A stretch of DNA of 54,992 nucleotides from a virus (IMGVR_UViG_3300027586_001442:1-54992); one strand, 5' to 3'; positions 28,245-37,497 are shown, counted from the first letter of the stretch. The notes: generated by a model not told the origin, from the sequence alone. Program-made: numbers and translations.

Positions 28245-29746
28245 AGTCATTTGGCGAATTCGTAGCGGATAAAAAGTCGCTTTTGGCTGAAGCTGAAAAA
28301 TCAAAGGGCGACTGGAAAAAAGAGTATGTGAAGTTGGAGAAGGGTTTCGTACCCCCGAGCAACATGAGGCCCGTAGTGCAGGCGTTCCTTGACAGCGGCA
28401 GCATAGAACTCACCTCCGACACTTCCTCCAAGGTGACCATGCCCAAGAAGTCTCTGTTTCTTGTCGGGGGACCTGTGAGGGATTTCCTTCTCGGCAAGAA
28501 GCCCAAGGACCTTGACATGGCAACGAACGCAACCCCCGAACAGATCGCAATGATTCTCCATAATGCCGGATTCTGCATAGTAAAGGAGGACCCCGATTGG
28601 GATCTTCCTTTCAAGTCCAGAGTCTGCGGTGACGACAAGAAGAAATATTATCTCAAGGGGAGAGACTCAACGGGCAAGCCGTTCGTCATAGGCGCGGTCG
28701 TCAACGGCGAGGAGTTTGACATAGCGACCTTCAGAAAGGACGCCAAGACAGTCAACGGCCAGTCGGAGGTTGACTTCGTGGACAATCCCCATGAGGACGC
28801 CGCCCGCAGGGATCTCACCATCAACGCCATGTACATAGAACTCAACAAGGCTGAAGGAGATAACACAAAGCTCTACGACCCGACCAAACAAGGATACCAC
28901 GACGTCCACAGCAACAAGGTGAGAACCGTGGGCAAGGCCGAGGAGCGATTCGGCGAGGACAAGCTCAGGGTCATGAGGGCAATCAGATTCCAATGCAAGT
29001 TCGGAAAAGACCAGCCGATTGACCCGGAAATAAAGGCCGCAGTCCCCAAGTTCATAGATCTTGAAGGCGTGGCCCTAGAACGCGTAAGGGAGGAGTTCCT
29101 CAAGGGGCTTGACGATTCCGAGATAGATCCCAAAAAGTATGTTTCGCTCTATTCTTCCATGGGACTTCTCAAGAAAGTCCTTCCCGGAGTTATTTTGAAC
29201 GTCAACGTGCCCACGCAGCTCAGGGACAAAAAAGACAGATTCCTTTCGCTCGCATGGATACTTCAAGACAATCCGGTGGAGAAAGTGGAGGCCGTTCTTT
29301 CGCCCTCGAGATCCCAGGGCGGAAAGGAAGTTAACACGGGGTGGTCCAACCAGGAGAGAGGCATAATATCCTACCTTCTGAAACTGAAGGAGTTTGATCC
29401 GGACAACCTGGAGGAACTCCTGAATAAGAAGAAAATTCTTGGCGTCACGAAAGACCAGATAAAGAGGTGGGTTGATCTTTTTGACGTGGTGGACGGATCG
29501 CAGGTGAGAAGCGTCCGTCCCAACTGGTCAAAGAGGGTCAGATCGTTCGCAGATTTCAGCCCGGATCCCACCAAGCTTGTGAGCTGGTTCTCCCGTGACG
29601 AGGGCGGCAAGCCGACCCAGGAGATACATCCGGAAATAAGGATGCAGAACCTTGCCGACGTGCCTCCCCACTTCCGTGGATCTGTGGTGAAGGATATGAA
29701 CAAAAAGAGGCTCCGCCAGATGTTCAACGACATTGAGGCCGCCTGA
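28241..29746 (+). CDS. cca: CCA tRNA nucleotidyltransferase (class II, PcnB/CCA family)
   Basis: LVGGPVRDFLLG..PKDLDMAT, DAARRDLTINAM, RFGEDKLRVMRAIRF (EDxxR nucleotide template), ERVREEF. Confidence 0.88.
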   Translation: MKSFGEFVADKKSLLAEAEKSKGDWKKEYVKLEKGFVPPSNMRPVVQAFLDSGSIELTSDTSSKVTMPKKSLFLVGGPVRDFLLGKKPKDLDMATNATPEQIAMILHNAGFCIVKEDPDWDLPFKSRVCGDDKKKYYLKGRDSTGKPFVIGAVVNGEEFDIATFRKDAKTVNGQSEVDFVDNPHEDAARRDLTINAMYIELNKAEGDNTKLYDPTKQGYHDVHSNKVRTVGKAEERFGEDKLRVMRAIRFQCKFGKDQPIDPEIKAAVPKFIDLEGVALERVREEFLKGLDDSEIDPKKYVSLYSSMGLLKKVLPGVILNVNVPTQLRDKKDRFLSLAWILQDNPVEKVEAVLSPSRSQGGKEVNTGWSNQERGIISYLLKLKEFDPDNLEELLNKKKILGVTKDQIKRWVDLFDVVDGSQVRSVRPNWSKRVRSFADFSPDPTKLVSWFSRDEGGKPTQEIHPEIRMQNLADVPPHFRGSVVKDMNKKRLRQMFNDIEAA

Positions 29747-29748
29747 AG

Positions 29749-30627
29749 TCACGTTCCCCTGCGGGCGTTGTATGACTTTATCACTTCGTGGACGTACGCC
29801 GTGTTGGGAGTGGGGTTGTGTTCCATGATAACTTCAAACGGACATCTTCCCACATTCGCCGAAACATCATCGAACTTAAAGAACTTCTTGTGGAACACCG
29901 GGGGTATTCCATTTTTATAATGAATGAAGTTCGTGTCGGTTTCGTCGCTCATCAAGGGGGCTGCCATGAACTCGCTCTTGACGGAGCAGTGCTGGAATGA
30001 TTCGGCAAGCGTGAGTTCCCATGCGGCTCTCTCGCAGGGAAAATCGCCCCCCTTGGCCTCAATCAAGTCCTCCGTGTTAGATTGAAGCCTCGCAAAGAAG
30101 ACATCTGACAATTGCCCGAAGGACTCATTGAATACTATTGGGGCGGAAAAAGCTGGTATCTCGGGCAAGTCCGCCGTCACGATGTTTCTTTCCTCCGCGA
30201 TCCTGGTCAGTCCCGGCACGATTGCGTCCTTGATATCCTGTCTCATCTTCTCCGAAGTTTCTTCAAGGCTGTTCACAACCATACCGTAGCCCGGACAAAA
30301 TCCTTCTTCTGGAAAGGGCTTTCTGAGAATCATATCCGAATGTATGACTGAAAAAGGAAAACCAATCATTCCTTCTGCGAGCGCGGTTCGAATGGCGACG
30401 GCTCTGTTCAAAGGAAGATGCCCCGCCTCCAGACCGGAGTTTGAATGAATGAACTTTTTTCCGTATCTCACAAGGTTGCTGGAATATCCCTTTATTTTCG
30501 GACGGTCATTTTCAGCCACGGCGATGACCAGATTGTCCTGCAGTCCGCACATGAAAAAACTCTCTATGAGAAGTTCCGCCTGCCAGTAGAAAAAACTGGA
30601 GTTTTCTATGCTTACAAAATACTGCAT
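29749..30627 (-). CDS. Glycosyltransferase resembling peptidyl-Ser galactosyl- / Hyp arabinosyltransferases (GT96/GT95-like)
   Basis: YFVSIENSSFFYWQAELLIESF...PLNRAVAI...IHSDMILRKP...FIHY parallels the SERGT/HPAT motifs; AAGGA upstream of ATG 30627. Confidence 0.55.
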   Translation of the reverse strand: MQYFVSIENSSFFYWQAELLIESFFMCGLQDNLVIAVAENDRPKIKGYSSNLVRYGKKFIHSNSGLEAGHLPLNRAVAIRTALAEGMIGFPFSVIHSDMILRKPFPEEGFCPGYGMVVNSLEETSEKMRQDIKDAIVPGLTRIAEERNIVTADLPEIPAFSAPIVFNESFGQLSDVFFARLQSNTEDLIEAKGGDFPCERAAWELTLAESFQHCSVKSEFMAAPLMSDETDTNFIHYKNGIPPVFHKKFFKFDDVSANVGRCPFEVIMEHNPTPNTAYVHEVIKSYNARRGT

Positions 30628-30700
30628 CTTATTCCTTTTGATGCAATAATCTAGTTTGCGGGCGATCTTTTTGATTGCGAACGACTGTGGACTCGCAATA

Positions 30701-31468
30701 CTAGACGTTCTGGTCAACAAAACCGAAACAGACTGTGCAGTAATTTTCACTAACTGTGTAGTTGAACGTCACGCTATCCATTGTGCCGTCAATGCGAATG
30801 ATGTTAAAACCTTCTTCGCCAGTAAATTGCGTGTATTGAGTGGCGCCTACCGGATTTTGATATGTCGTTTCCCCGCCTGACTCCCAGATCGGCGTAAACG
30901 GTTTTGGGTCGCCATTCTCGTCAAGCACGATTACCGTAACAGGCGTGTTGCCTTGGCCGACACTCGCAAAGGCGACTAGGGCATCTGTGACCGGCGCACT
31001 AAATATCGCGGTAAATATCCCCGCCTGCGTGTTTGCGATCTGTGCACCACCAGTCGGCACGCCGTATTCTGACGGAAAATACTGTGGCTGGTACATGCCA
31101 CCATGCAAAAACATGCCTCCACCACTTTGAGCAATCGCGACTGTAATGTTGTTTTGACCGATTCCAGACGCCGTGGAGCCCGACACATTATTGATCGTCA
31201 TCCACTGAAACCCGGAACTGCCAAACGTGGTAGTAGAAGTGGGAGTGGGAGTCAGTGTGGGAGTGGTAGTAGAAGTGGGAGTGGGAGTCAGTGTGGGAGT
31301 TGGAGTGGGAGTGGGAGTGGGGTTTTGGTTGGGGTTGACGCCGCCCTCCAAAAATGGATGCTTGTTTTCGCCTCCCGTAGACACTTCAAAGGAACAATAG
31401 AAAGACCAGAGCCTTTTGAGCAGACCCCTAGTTAAAACATATCTTCCGGAACTGCTCCATTTTCTCAT
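30701..31468 (-). CDS. PT-linker protein with C-terminal beta-rich extracellular-type domain
   Basis: Short N-terminus, (PT)n tract containing a 36-bp duplication, then FSAPVTDALVAFASVG...GEEGFNIIRIDG. Confidence 0.7.
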   Translation of the reverse strand: MRKWSSSGRYVLTRGLLKRLWSFYCSFEVSTGGENKHPFLEGGVNPNQNPTPTPTPTPTLTPTPTSTTTPTLTPTPTSTTTFGSSGFQWMTINNVSGSTASGIGQNNITVAIAQSGGGMFLHGGMYQPQYFPSEYGVPTGGAQIANTQAGIFTAIFSAPVTDALVAFASVGQGNTPVTVIVLDENGDPKPFTPIWESGGETTYQNPVGATQYTQFTGEEGFNIIRIDGTMDSVTFNYTVSENYCTVCFGFVDQNV

Positions 31469-31477
31469 AATGAAATC

Positions 31478-32296
31478 CTAGTCAGGCGAAATAATGTCGC
31501 CCTCTTGGAGAACATGGGGGACTTCGGTCACTTGGGACGGGTTCGTCTTGGCGCCGGCATATTGATACTGTATTTTACGGGCGAAATCCCCGGCCGCAGA
31601 TCCCGCCGAGTATTCTATTATCTGTGTAATCCTGTCGCTCGCGTCCACCGTGAGCTTCTGAAATGTAAACAGTCCCGACCTTCCACTGAGAAGTTCGTAG
31701 TCTTCCCTGGCCACAGAATCAAAGCCCGCTTCCTGTATCACCACTTCGTCAACCGGATTTGCGGGGTCAAGTTTTATCAGCATTCCCACGCTGTCCTGAA
31801 ATGCATTCCTGTTCGCTATGGTGTGCCTGCCGAAATATTCGGGCATTTCAGCCACTCCGGCATGCTTGTTGAACCTTAGTTTTGTTTCCGCGCCGGCATT
31901 GCCGAAATACATTCTTCCGTTCTTCTTCTTGGCGGGGTTCTTGGAGATTCCAACCGAATCGCCTCCATCAACCCCCACGACGGACGCGATGTACATGGAC
32001 GAGAACATGGGGTCGACATTGAGAGCCGAGGCGACCTCGCCGGGCGTGGTGGCCTCCGTATTTGCTCCGGAAACGTCTATGGAAACGGAAGCCCAGTTCT
32101 TGAATTCGGGATCCCAGCAGAAATTGAACTCAAGAACGCCTGAGACGGACAGATCATAGGGGCCTGGGTTCCATGCGATCATTTTTGACTGCATGTTCTT
32201 GTTTGGCGGAGCCTTAAATGTGAGCGAAAGCTTCCTGTCCCCCAAAACCAGGTATCCCTGGTATTCCTGGTCAAAAACATTTTGGAAAAAAGCCAT
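31478..32296 (-). CDS. Hypothetical, probably virion-associated protein
   Basis: 272-aa ORF with AAGGA RBS and upstream TATATA; beta-rich. Confidence 0.7.
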   Translation of the reverse strand: MAFFQNVFDQEYQGYLVLGDRKLSLTFKAPPNKNMQSKMIAWNPGPYDLSVSGVLEFNFCWDPEFKNWASVSIDVSGANTEATTPGEVASALNVDPMFSSMYIASVVGVDGGDSVGISKNPAKKKNGRMYFGNAGAETKLRFNKHAGVAEMPEYFGRHTIANRNAFQDSVGMLIKLDPANPVDEVVIQEAGFDSVAREDYELLSGRSGLFTFQKLTVDASDRITQIIEYSAGSAAGDFARKIQYQYAGAKTNPSQVTEVPHVLQEGDIISPD

Positions 32297-32328
32297 TTTT
32301 CTGTCCTTTTGCGAGGTTAACTACCCAT

Positions 32329-32334
32329 TATATA
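32329..32334. promoter_or_regulatory. TATATA motif between divergent genes
   Basis: Between starts 32296(-) and 32411(+). Confidence 0.5.
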
Positions 32335-32362
32335 GCTCAAGGGTGCTCAAAAATGATTGGGG

Positions 32363-32390
32363 TTGCGGCGGCGGCCGTTCAGAGTACAAT
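32363..32390 (+). promoter_or_regulatory. Possible sigma70-type promoter
   Basis: TTGCGG-16 nt-TACAAT upstream of the gene at 32411. Confidence 0.3.
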
Positions 32391-32410
32391 GAAGACACAA
32401 GGGGTGAAAA

Positions 32411-33283
32411 GTGAATATCAACATATGGGAAGTTCATCCGAAGGCGTGCAGGATAGAACCCGCCGAAAAGACGTGCATGGGCAAGGCAAACAAGGGCGCG
32501 ACGCAGTGGTGCGGTCCATATGTGAATGCCAACGAGTCCGGATTCTGGGTCTATCCCCCCGTGGACATGGAATTCGTCCTTTCGGATGATGGGTTTAAGG
32601 TGCTGAATTGCGAGGAATATGGGGATGATGATTTCAGATTAGTCGAATCTCTCATAAGGCAGGATGACCAGTCCGACTTCCAGAAATGGACGTTTCCCGG
32701 CACCGGAAGGACCAAGATGACCTTCGGACTTGTTGAGCCGAATGTCATTCAGATATGGACGGGGCTGATATTTGAGACGGCCCCGGGATGGTGCCTCCAC
32801 ATAAGAAGCCCTATAAACATGCCCAACGAGGACTTCACAATCGTGGAGGCCGTGCTTGAAACAGACTGGATGCAGTACGATATCTGGATGAATCTGTCTG
32901 TAAATGCAAAGAACAAGCCCATATCGATAAGAAAGCAAGTCCCCATAGCCCAACTTGTCCCCACCAGAAGAGAGACATTCAAGGGGGAATGGAGTCTGAA
33001 GAGAAGCATGATGAACAGGGACACGCCGGAAGCCGAAAGAGTTTTTGAATACTGGCTCCGTTACAACAAACAAAAGTTTGAAAATGGCGGCAATCAGGCC
33101 TTGAGCGAGACTCTCACCAAGGATTCCACTACATATTTGCGGGAGAGGAGCAGGATTCTTGGAAAAGAGATGGAACCCTCACAGAGCAAATGTCCTTTTG
33201 CTCATTTCCATGAGATCAAAAAACCTATTTTTGAGCCCCTTGAAGAGTCGCCCCTGCTGAGGAAGTTTTCAAGAAAAACCTAG
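32411..33283 (+). CDS. DUF6065-family protein
   Basis: CGPYVNANESGFWVYPP...TGLIFETAPGW...RSPIN...EAVLETDW...PIAQLVP. Confidence 0.7.
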   Translation: MNINIWEVHPKACRIEPAEKTCMGKANKGATQWCGPYVNANESGFWVYPPVDMEFVLSDDGFKVLNCEEYGDDDFRLVESLIRQDDQSDFQKWTFPGTGRTKMTFGLVEPNVIQIWTGLIFETAPGWCLHIRSPINMPNEDFTIVEAVLETDWMQYDIWMNLSVNAKNKPISIRKQVPIAQLVPTRRETFKGEWSLKRSMMNRDTPEAERVFEYWLRYNKQKFENGGNQALSETLTKDSTTYLRERSRILGKEMEPSQSKCPFAHFHEIKKPIFEPLEESPLLRKFSRKT

Positions 33284-33472
33284 TTCCGTGCAGATTTTAT
33301 CGTAGTCCTTGCGACTTAAGGACATTTTCTTCTTCTCCATCTCCTTCTTTACATCCTCATAGGATGGAGGAGTTCTGGCCATTATGCACTTTATCCAGTC
33401 TGTTTTTTCCCTATAGACAGATTCGAACAAGTCATACTTCGCTTCTTCTGAATAATCTGTTTCCTCTATCAT
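33269..33472 (-). CDS. Hypothetical protein
   Basis: ATGA-coupled small ORF. Confidence 0.6.
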   Translation of the reverse strand: MIEETDYSEEAKYDLFESVYREKTDWIKCIMARTPPSYEDVKKEMEKKKMSLSRKDYDKICTELGFS

Positions 33473-33900
33473 TTTGGAATTCCGCTTATGTCCCAGGTTC
33501 CTTTTTCACCCACATTGGCCGCGTAGTCCTTGTTTGCCGCAGGCTTTTCCTTTCCGCCTTTCAGATGGGCTATGTTCCATATGCCCTTCTCTCCCGCCTT
33601 CGCAGCATAATCCTTCCCCACGGGATGGCTGGGCTTTCCATCAAGATGGGATATGTCCCACAGCGGTCCTTCGCCACTATCTAATTTCTTTTCTGATGGC
33701 TCTGGTAGTTTTTTTAGTCTCGGATGATCTTTTCCTTTGTAAATTCTATCGTCAAGTGATAAGTAAAAAATTGCGTCCGCACTTCTCGTTAAATACCACT
33801 GGGGCGGATAAAGACCTATTCCCCCATATCCAAGAGGATACAAGCCTGTTTTGGCACCTTCTTGCGCTTCTTTTAACAACCAATCTTTAAAGTTCATCAC
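33469..33900 (-). CDS. Hypothetical protein with three GE.G.W(D/N)I repeats
   Basis: MMNFKDWLLKEA start; GEGPLWDISHL / GEKGIWNIAHL / GEKGTWDISGI. Confidence 0.75.
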   Translation of the reverse strand: MMNFKDWLLKEAQEGAKTGLYPLGYGGIGLYPPQWYLTRSADAIFYLSLDDRIYKGKDHPRLKKLPEPSEKKLDSGEGPLWDISHLDGKPSHPVGKDYAAKAGEKGIWNIAHLKGGKEKPAANKDYAANVGEKGTWDISGIPK

Positions 33901-34112
33901 TCGCCCCGATTGGATTTTTCAATCTCGTTTCTGTTATTTCCGCCCCTGACTCCCTTGTGCTTGTCCGTTTCTATGGTTCCGGAACGCCCGTGCTTCATGT
34001 CGTGCATGCTCTTTTTTGCGGCGAGCTGAAACAATTCAAAATTGGTCTTCCTTTTGGGCATCTTTGTGGCGGTTCTCTGGTTTCTTTCCACAAGCCACTT
34101 GGTGAATTTCAT
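33897..34112 (-). CDS. Small basic protein
   Basis: MKFTKWLVE start, overlapping neighbours by 4 nt on both sides. Confidence 0.7.
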   Translation of the reverse strand: MKFTKWLVERNQRTATKMPKRKTNFELFQLAAKKSMHDMKHGRSGTIETDKHKGVRGGNNRNEIEKSNRGE

Positions 34113-34927
34113 TTCAGAAGCCTCCTTATTCCTCTTTTATCTAGTACGCCGTAGTTGGACTTGCCGTACTCAACCCCTTCCTTGCACCTGTTGAATTCGA
34201 TAGTCTCAAAGGGCGTCTCGTTGGGCTGGACGAGGTGGATTTTTATTCCCTTGTAGCCGACCTCGCCCTCGTTTTTAAGGCATCGGTTGATGTCTCGCAT
34301 CATTATCTCGTTGAGGCTGATGTCCAGGGCCCTGAAGGCCATCTTCACGGCTCGCATGAAGCCCGTTGGAATCTCCCACTTGTCTATTTCAAATCTTCTG
34401 CCCATAATCACATAAATGTCACTGCACCCGGCCTCTATGCACTGTTCGAGAGGAGCTAGTTGTCTGCTTCCCGCGTCAACCCATCCGCCGCGATCCTCTA
34501 CCAGGGCGGTTATGGCGACACTGCCTAAAACGGCCTCGGCAAACTCATCGGGCGTGACAGACTTGTTTGACACATAATCCATCCGACCGTCTTCTATGTT
34601 CATCCTGACCACCACGCTCTCGCATATTGCAGGATTCTTGATTGCGTTATATACAATCTTCTCCATGGGCTTCTGGTTCATAATGCCTGTTTTCCACAAA
34701 AAGTTGTAGTTGATGCCGAATACATCAAATATGTTTGAAATGTCATTCCACATGTCGGCCAGCCCTTGGGGGCCAAGATGAGAATACGAGGCTGCGCATA
34801 TGGATCCCGACGAAACTCCGATTGTGAAGTCTGCGTCGATGCCTTTTTCATGAAGCCCAATCGCAATTCCCGCCTGAACCGATCCTCTTGCGCCCTCTCC
34901 TGTGAAGCAGAATCCAATTTTGCTCAT
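34109..34927 (-). CDS. Patatin-like phospholipase
   Basis: GEGARG oxyanion loop, GVSSG nucleophile, DAG acid; real start MSKIGF at 34927 (ATGA coupling). Confidence 0.88.
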   Translation of the reverse strand: MSKIGFCFTGEGARGSVQAGIAIGLHEKGIDADFTIGVSSGSICAASYSHLGPQGLADMWNDISNIFDVFGINYNFLWKTGIMNQKPMEKIVYNAIKNPAICESVVVRMNIEDGRMDYVSNKSVTPDEFAEAVLGSVAITALVEDRGGWVDAGSRQLAPLEQCIEAGCSDIYVIMGRRFEIDKWEIPTGFMRAVKMAFRALDISLNEIMMRDINRCLKNEGEVGYKGIKIHLVQPNETPFETIEFNRCKEGVEYGKSNYGVLDKRGIRRLLK

Positions 34928-35238
34928 TTTTTCTTTTTCCTCTTTCTCTTTTTTTTGCAATTTTTGCATCCGCAATTTGGATAACAATACCCGCAACCAA
35001 TGACGGATGGCCTAAAGGCTATCGAACCAGATGTTGTTCCTTGGCTCGGTGGAGTCACCACGCCCCCAGATGTTCCACCACCGGCCTCACCCCCAGATGT
35101 TCCACCACCGGCCTCACCTCCAGATGTTCCACCACCGGCCTCACCTCCAGATGCCCCACCAGCGGTGCCTCCAGATGTTCCACCACCGGCGGCACCAGCA
35201 TCCTCTTTAAGTCTCATCCATTCTGTGAATTTCAGCAT
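34924..35238 (-). CDS. Gly-rich protein with Cys cluster and basic tail
   Basis: MLKFTEWMRLKE, 27-bp repeats (GGEAGGGTS), CGYCYPNCGCKNC, KKKRKRKKKK. Confidence 0.7.
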   Translation of the reverse strand: MLKFTEWMRLKEDAGAAGGGTSGGTAGGASGGEAGGGTSGGEAGGGTSGGEAGGGTSGGVVTPPSQGTTSGSIAFRPSVIGCGYCYPNCGCKNCKKKRKRKKKK

Positions 35239-35254
35239 GTTTTTTCTCCATTAC

Positions 35255-35260
35255 TATATA
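35255..35260. promoter_or_regulatory. TATATA motif between divergent genes
   Basis: Between starts 35238(-) and 35284(+). Confidence 0.5.
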
Positions 35261-35283
35261 CTTAATACACCGAGGAATTAATT

Positions 35284-35481
35284 ATGAAGTACGAATACAA
35301 ATATGTGATATGCTTTCTTGATGAAAGCAATTCCTCAATCAAGCAGCTGGATAAACTGCTCCAGGAGGGCTGGGAACCCTTCAGGGAGACTGCAATGCCC
35401 TCAAGCGGATCCAATTACTCCGAGAACGCACAGCCTCCAACCTGCATGTGCTTGATTCGAAGACCGATCACCAGTGCCTGA
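35284..35481 (+). CDS. Small hypothetical protein
   Basis: GAGG RBS; YEYKYV...LDKLLQEGWE pattern (DUF4177/DUF1737-like). Confidence 0.65.
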   Translation: MKYEYKYVICFLDESNSSIKQLDKLLQEGWEPFRETAMPSSGSNYSENAQPPTCMCLIRRPITSA

Positions 35482-35659
35482 TGACGCTTGCTATGACGAA
35501 CCCGCAGGTGATGAAGTTCACGGCGACTATCAAAAGCCTCACCAGGAAAGCAAACCAAGCCTCATCCATTGGGAGAATGGGAAGATCGGGCTTGTCGTCG
35601 TCTGTGATGCCTATTCTATAGTCCATCGCCCTCGCAAGGATAAGCAGAAATCTTTTCAT
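35468..35659 (-). CDS. Small membrane protein
   Basis: MKRFLLILARAM...hydrophobic C-terminus ending VIRHW. Confidence 0.6.
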   Translation of the reverse strand: MKRFLLILARAMDYRIGITDDDKPDLPILPMDEAWFAFLVRLLIVAVNFITCGFVIASVIRHW

Positions 35660-35676
35660 GCGGATATGTATGGACT

Positions 35677-36180
35677 TCAGAGCGGTTTGAATACCTGCGT
35701 CGTGCATGAGTTGGGAAGTTCTGCCGCATGTCCAAAAACGTTTTTCGAGGTGACTTCCTTCTTGGAAATGTCTATTCTCTCTCTGTTCTTGAAGTAATTG
35801 GGCCCGTAGCTCACGAATATCTCCTCGTCCTTCTCTATCCTGCGCAGCGATTTTATGTCGGCTATTTCGTTCTTCAGATCAAAGCTGATCGAGGCGCTGT
35901 TGTCTTCCTGATGGTTGTATATCTGTCCGTACCCCATCACCATGAGAAAGTGACCCCCGTGCCTCTTGCACTCCTCGCAAGGACAACTATTGGTAAACAT
36001 GTAGGACCAAATCAACGGATCCTTGTGGTAGTTCATCCTGAATCCCATGACCTTTAATGGGCATCTTTCTATGATTTCGCCGGACTCTATGTCCTCTGTT
36101 GCGAAAACGCCCTTCCCATGTATGGGGGAGTAGTCAAGCCGAATTTTTCTCTTCAGATTTAGCGGAGGTTTTTCTTCCAT
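35677..36180 (-). CDS. SET-domain protein (putative lysine methyltransferase)
   Basis: SPIHGKGVFATEDI..GEIIE, IYNH, IEKDEEIFVSYG..YF. Confidence 0.9.
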   Translation of the reverse strand: MEEKPPLNLKRKIRLDYSPIHGKGVFATEDIESGEIIERCPLKVMGFRMNYHKDPLIWSYMFTNSCPCEECKRHGGHFLMVMGYGQIYNHQEDNSASISFDLKNEIADIKSLRRIEKDEEIFVSYGPNYFKNRERIDISKKEVTSKNVFGHAAELPNSCTTQVFKPL

Positions 36181-36195
36181 GAAAGTAATATAGTT

Positions 36196-36393
36196 TCATG
36201 CAAACCAATTATCCCAGTCGTCGGCCTCTTTTTCGACCGCCTTTGCCATGAGGCCGAGAGTCGCCTCCCCGTATGCCTTGGCCGCCTTCCTGAGCATTTT
36301 GCTTCTTGTGCCGTCCGTAGTGGCCCTGGCGACCCTGACGATCTCATCCGCCCTCTCTATCAACTCGTTCCTTACAAATGGAGCCAGTCCCAT
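36196..36393 (-). CDS. Hypothetical protein
   Basis: GGAGG RBS before MGLAPFVR at 36393. Confidence 0.6.
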   Translation of the reverse strand: MGLAPFVRNELIERADEIVRVARATTDGTRSKMLRKAAKAYGEATLGLMAKAVEKEADDWDNWFA

Positions 36394-36453
36394 GTGCGTT
36401 CCTCCGGCATTATTTATCCTTTCGGAACTACAGAAAAAAGGATTTTTCGCCAA

Positions 36454-37461
36454 TCAGCACCTCGTCTCCGCCATCCTGAAAACCTGATCGAGGCTCATGC
36501 CATCGGAATCAGCCTCGGATCCAGGCCCCAGAATCTTTGCCCTGGTCTCGGCGTCAGGATTGCCAAACTCCCTGACAAATTTGAATCTAGAGGGTCTGTT
36601 TTTCAGCGCATCGTCAACCTTGCCTATGTCGTTGACCGTCATGATGAATGCGACGTTTTCGTGGGTGGTATACACGCCGTCAAGGGCGTTCAGTATGATG
36701 TCAAATGTGAACTTTATGTTCTTGTTGTCTCCGCCCAGTATGCATTTTCGTCCATCAAAGTAGTTGTCGAAGTCTTCTAAAAGCACGATGCATCTCTTTG
36801 GAATCTGTGAAAATATGAGGAGCAGATCGTGATTCGTCCAGTCGGGACTCAACGTGAAGATCATGATCGGAATCTTGTGTTTGGTGGCGAGATATTTTAT
36901 CAGGTGCGTCTTGCCATTTCCGGGAGGTCCATAAAGCAGGGCGCTTGTTTTTCTCCTCTTGCCGTTTGAAACCTCCAGGACCTCTTCCTCAAAATCCTTC
37001 CACAGATCTGCTTTGACGGCGGGTTCGCTAAAAACCTCCTTCAGAGACCCTATCTTGTCGGCTCCGTAGGGAAGCATCAACTGGACGGGGACGCCAAGCG
37101 TGCACAGCTGCATCTCCGTCATTTTTATTTTTATGAAATCCTTGAGTCGCCTATATCTCCACCGGAAGCACGTGATCGTTGTGACATGGTCTTTATCATT
37201 GAAACCGGCCTGCATCAGCCTTTCGGAATGATTGATGAAAAACCAAGGCGAATCCTTCAAGAAACAAAAGGCCACATATGAAACGGGGTGCCTGTTTTCC
37301 GAAACGAGTTCCTCGTATATTATTATCTTTTTGTCATCCTTGCACAGATCGTAGAAGGTCTTGTAGATGTTCGCGTCCACCCTCGTCTCTATTAGAAGCA
37401 CATACTTGAAAAATGCGAAAGTTCCGAAGATAGACGCCAACACGGTTATGAATGCAGCCAT
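36454..37461 (-). CDS. BCS1-like AAA+ ATPase with N-terminal TM anchor
   Basis: LLYGPPGNGKT (Walker A), LLEDFD (Walker B), LNALDGV, RPSRF; hydrophobic N-terminus. Confidence 0.88.
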   Translation of the reverse strand: MAAFITVLASIFGTFAFFKYVLLIETRVDANIYKTFYDLCKDDKKIIIYEELVSENRHPVSYVAFCFLKDSPWFFINHSERLMQAGFNDKDHVTTITCFRWRYRRLKDFIKIKMTEMQLCTLGVPVQLMLPYGADKIGSLKEVFSEPAVKADLWKDFEEEVLEVSNGKRRKTSALLYGPPGNGKTHLIKYLATKHKIPIMIFTLSPDWTNHDLLLIFSQIPKRCIVLLEDFDNYFDGRKCILGGDNKNIKFTFDIILNALDGVYTTHENVAFIMTVNDIGKVDDALKNRPSRFKFVREFGNPDAETRAKILGPGSEADSDGMSLDQVFRMAETRC

Positions 37462-37497
37462 GACTTGAATATAGTACGAATCATCATTTTAATCAAG

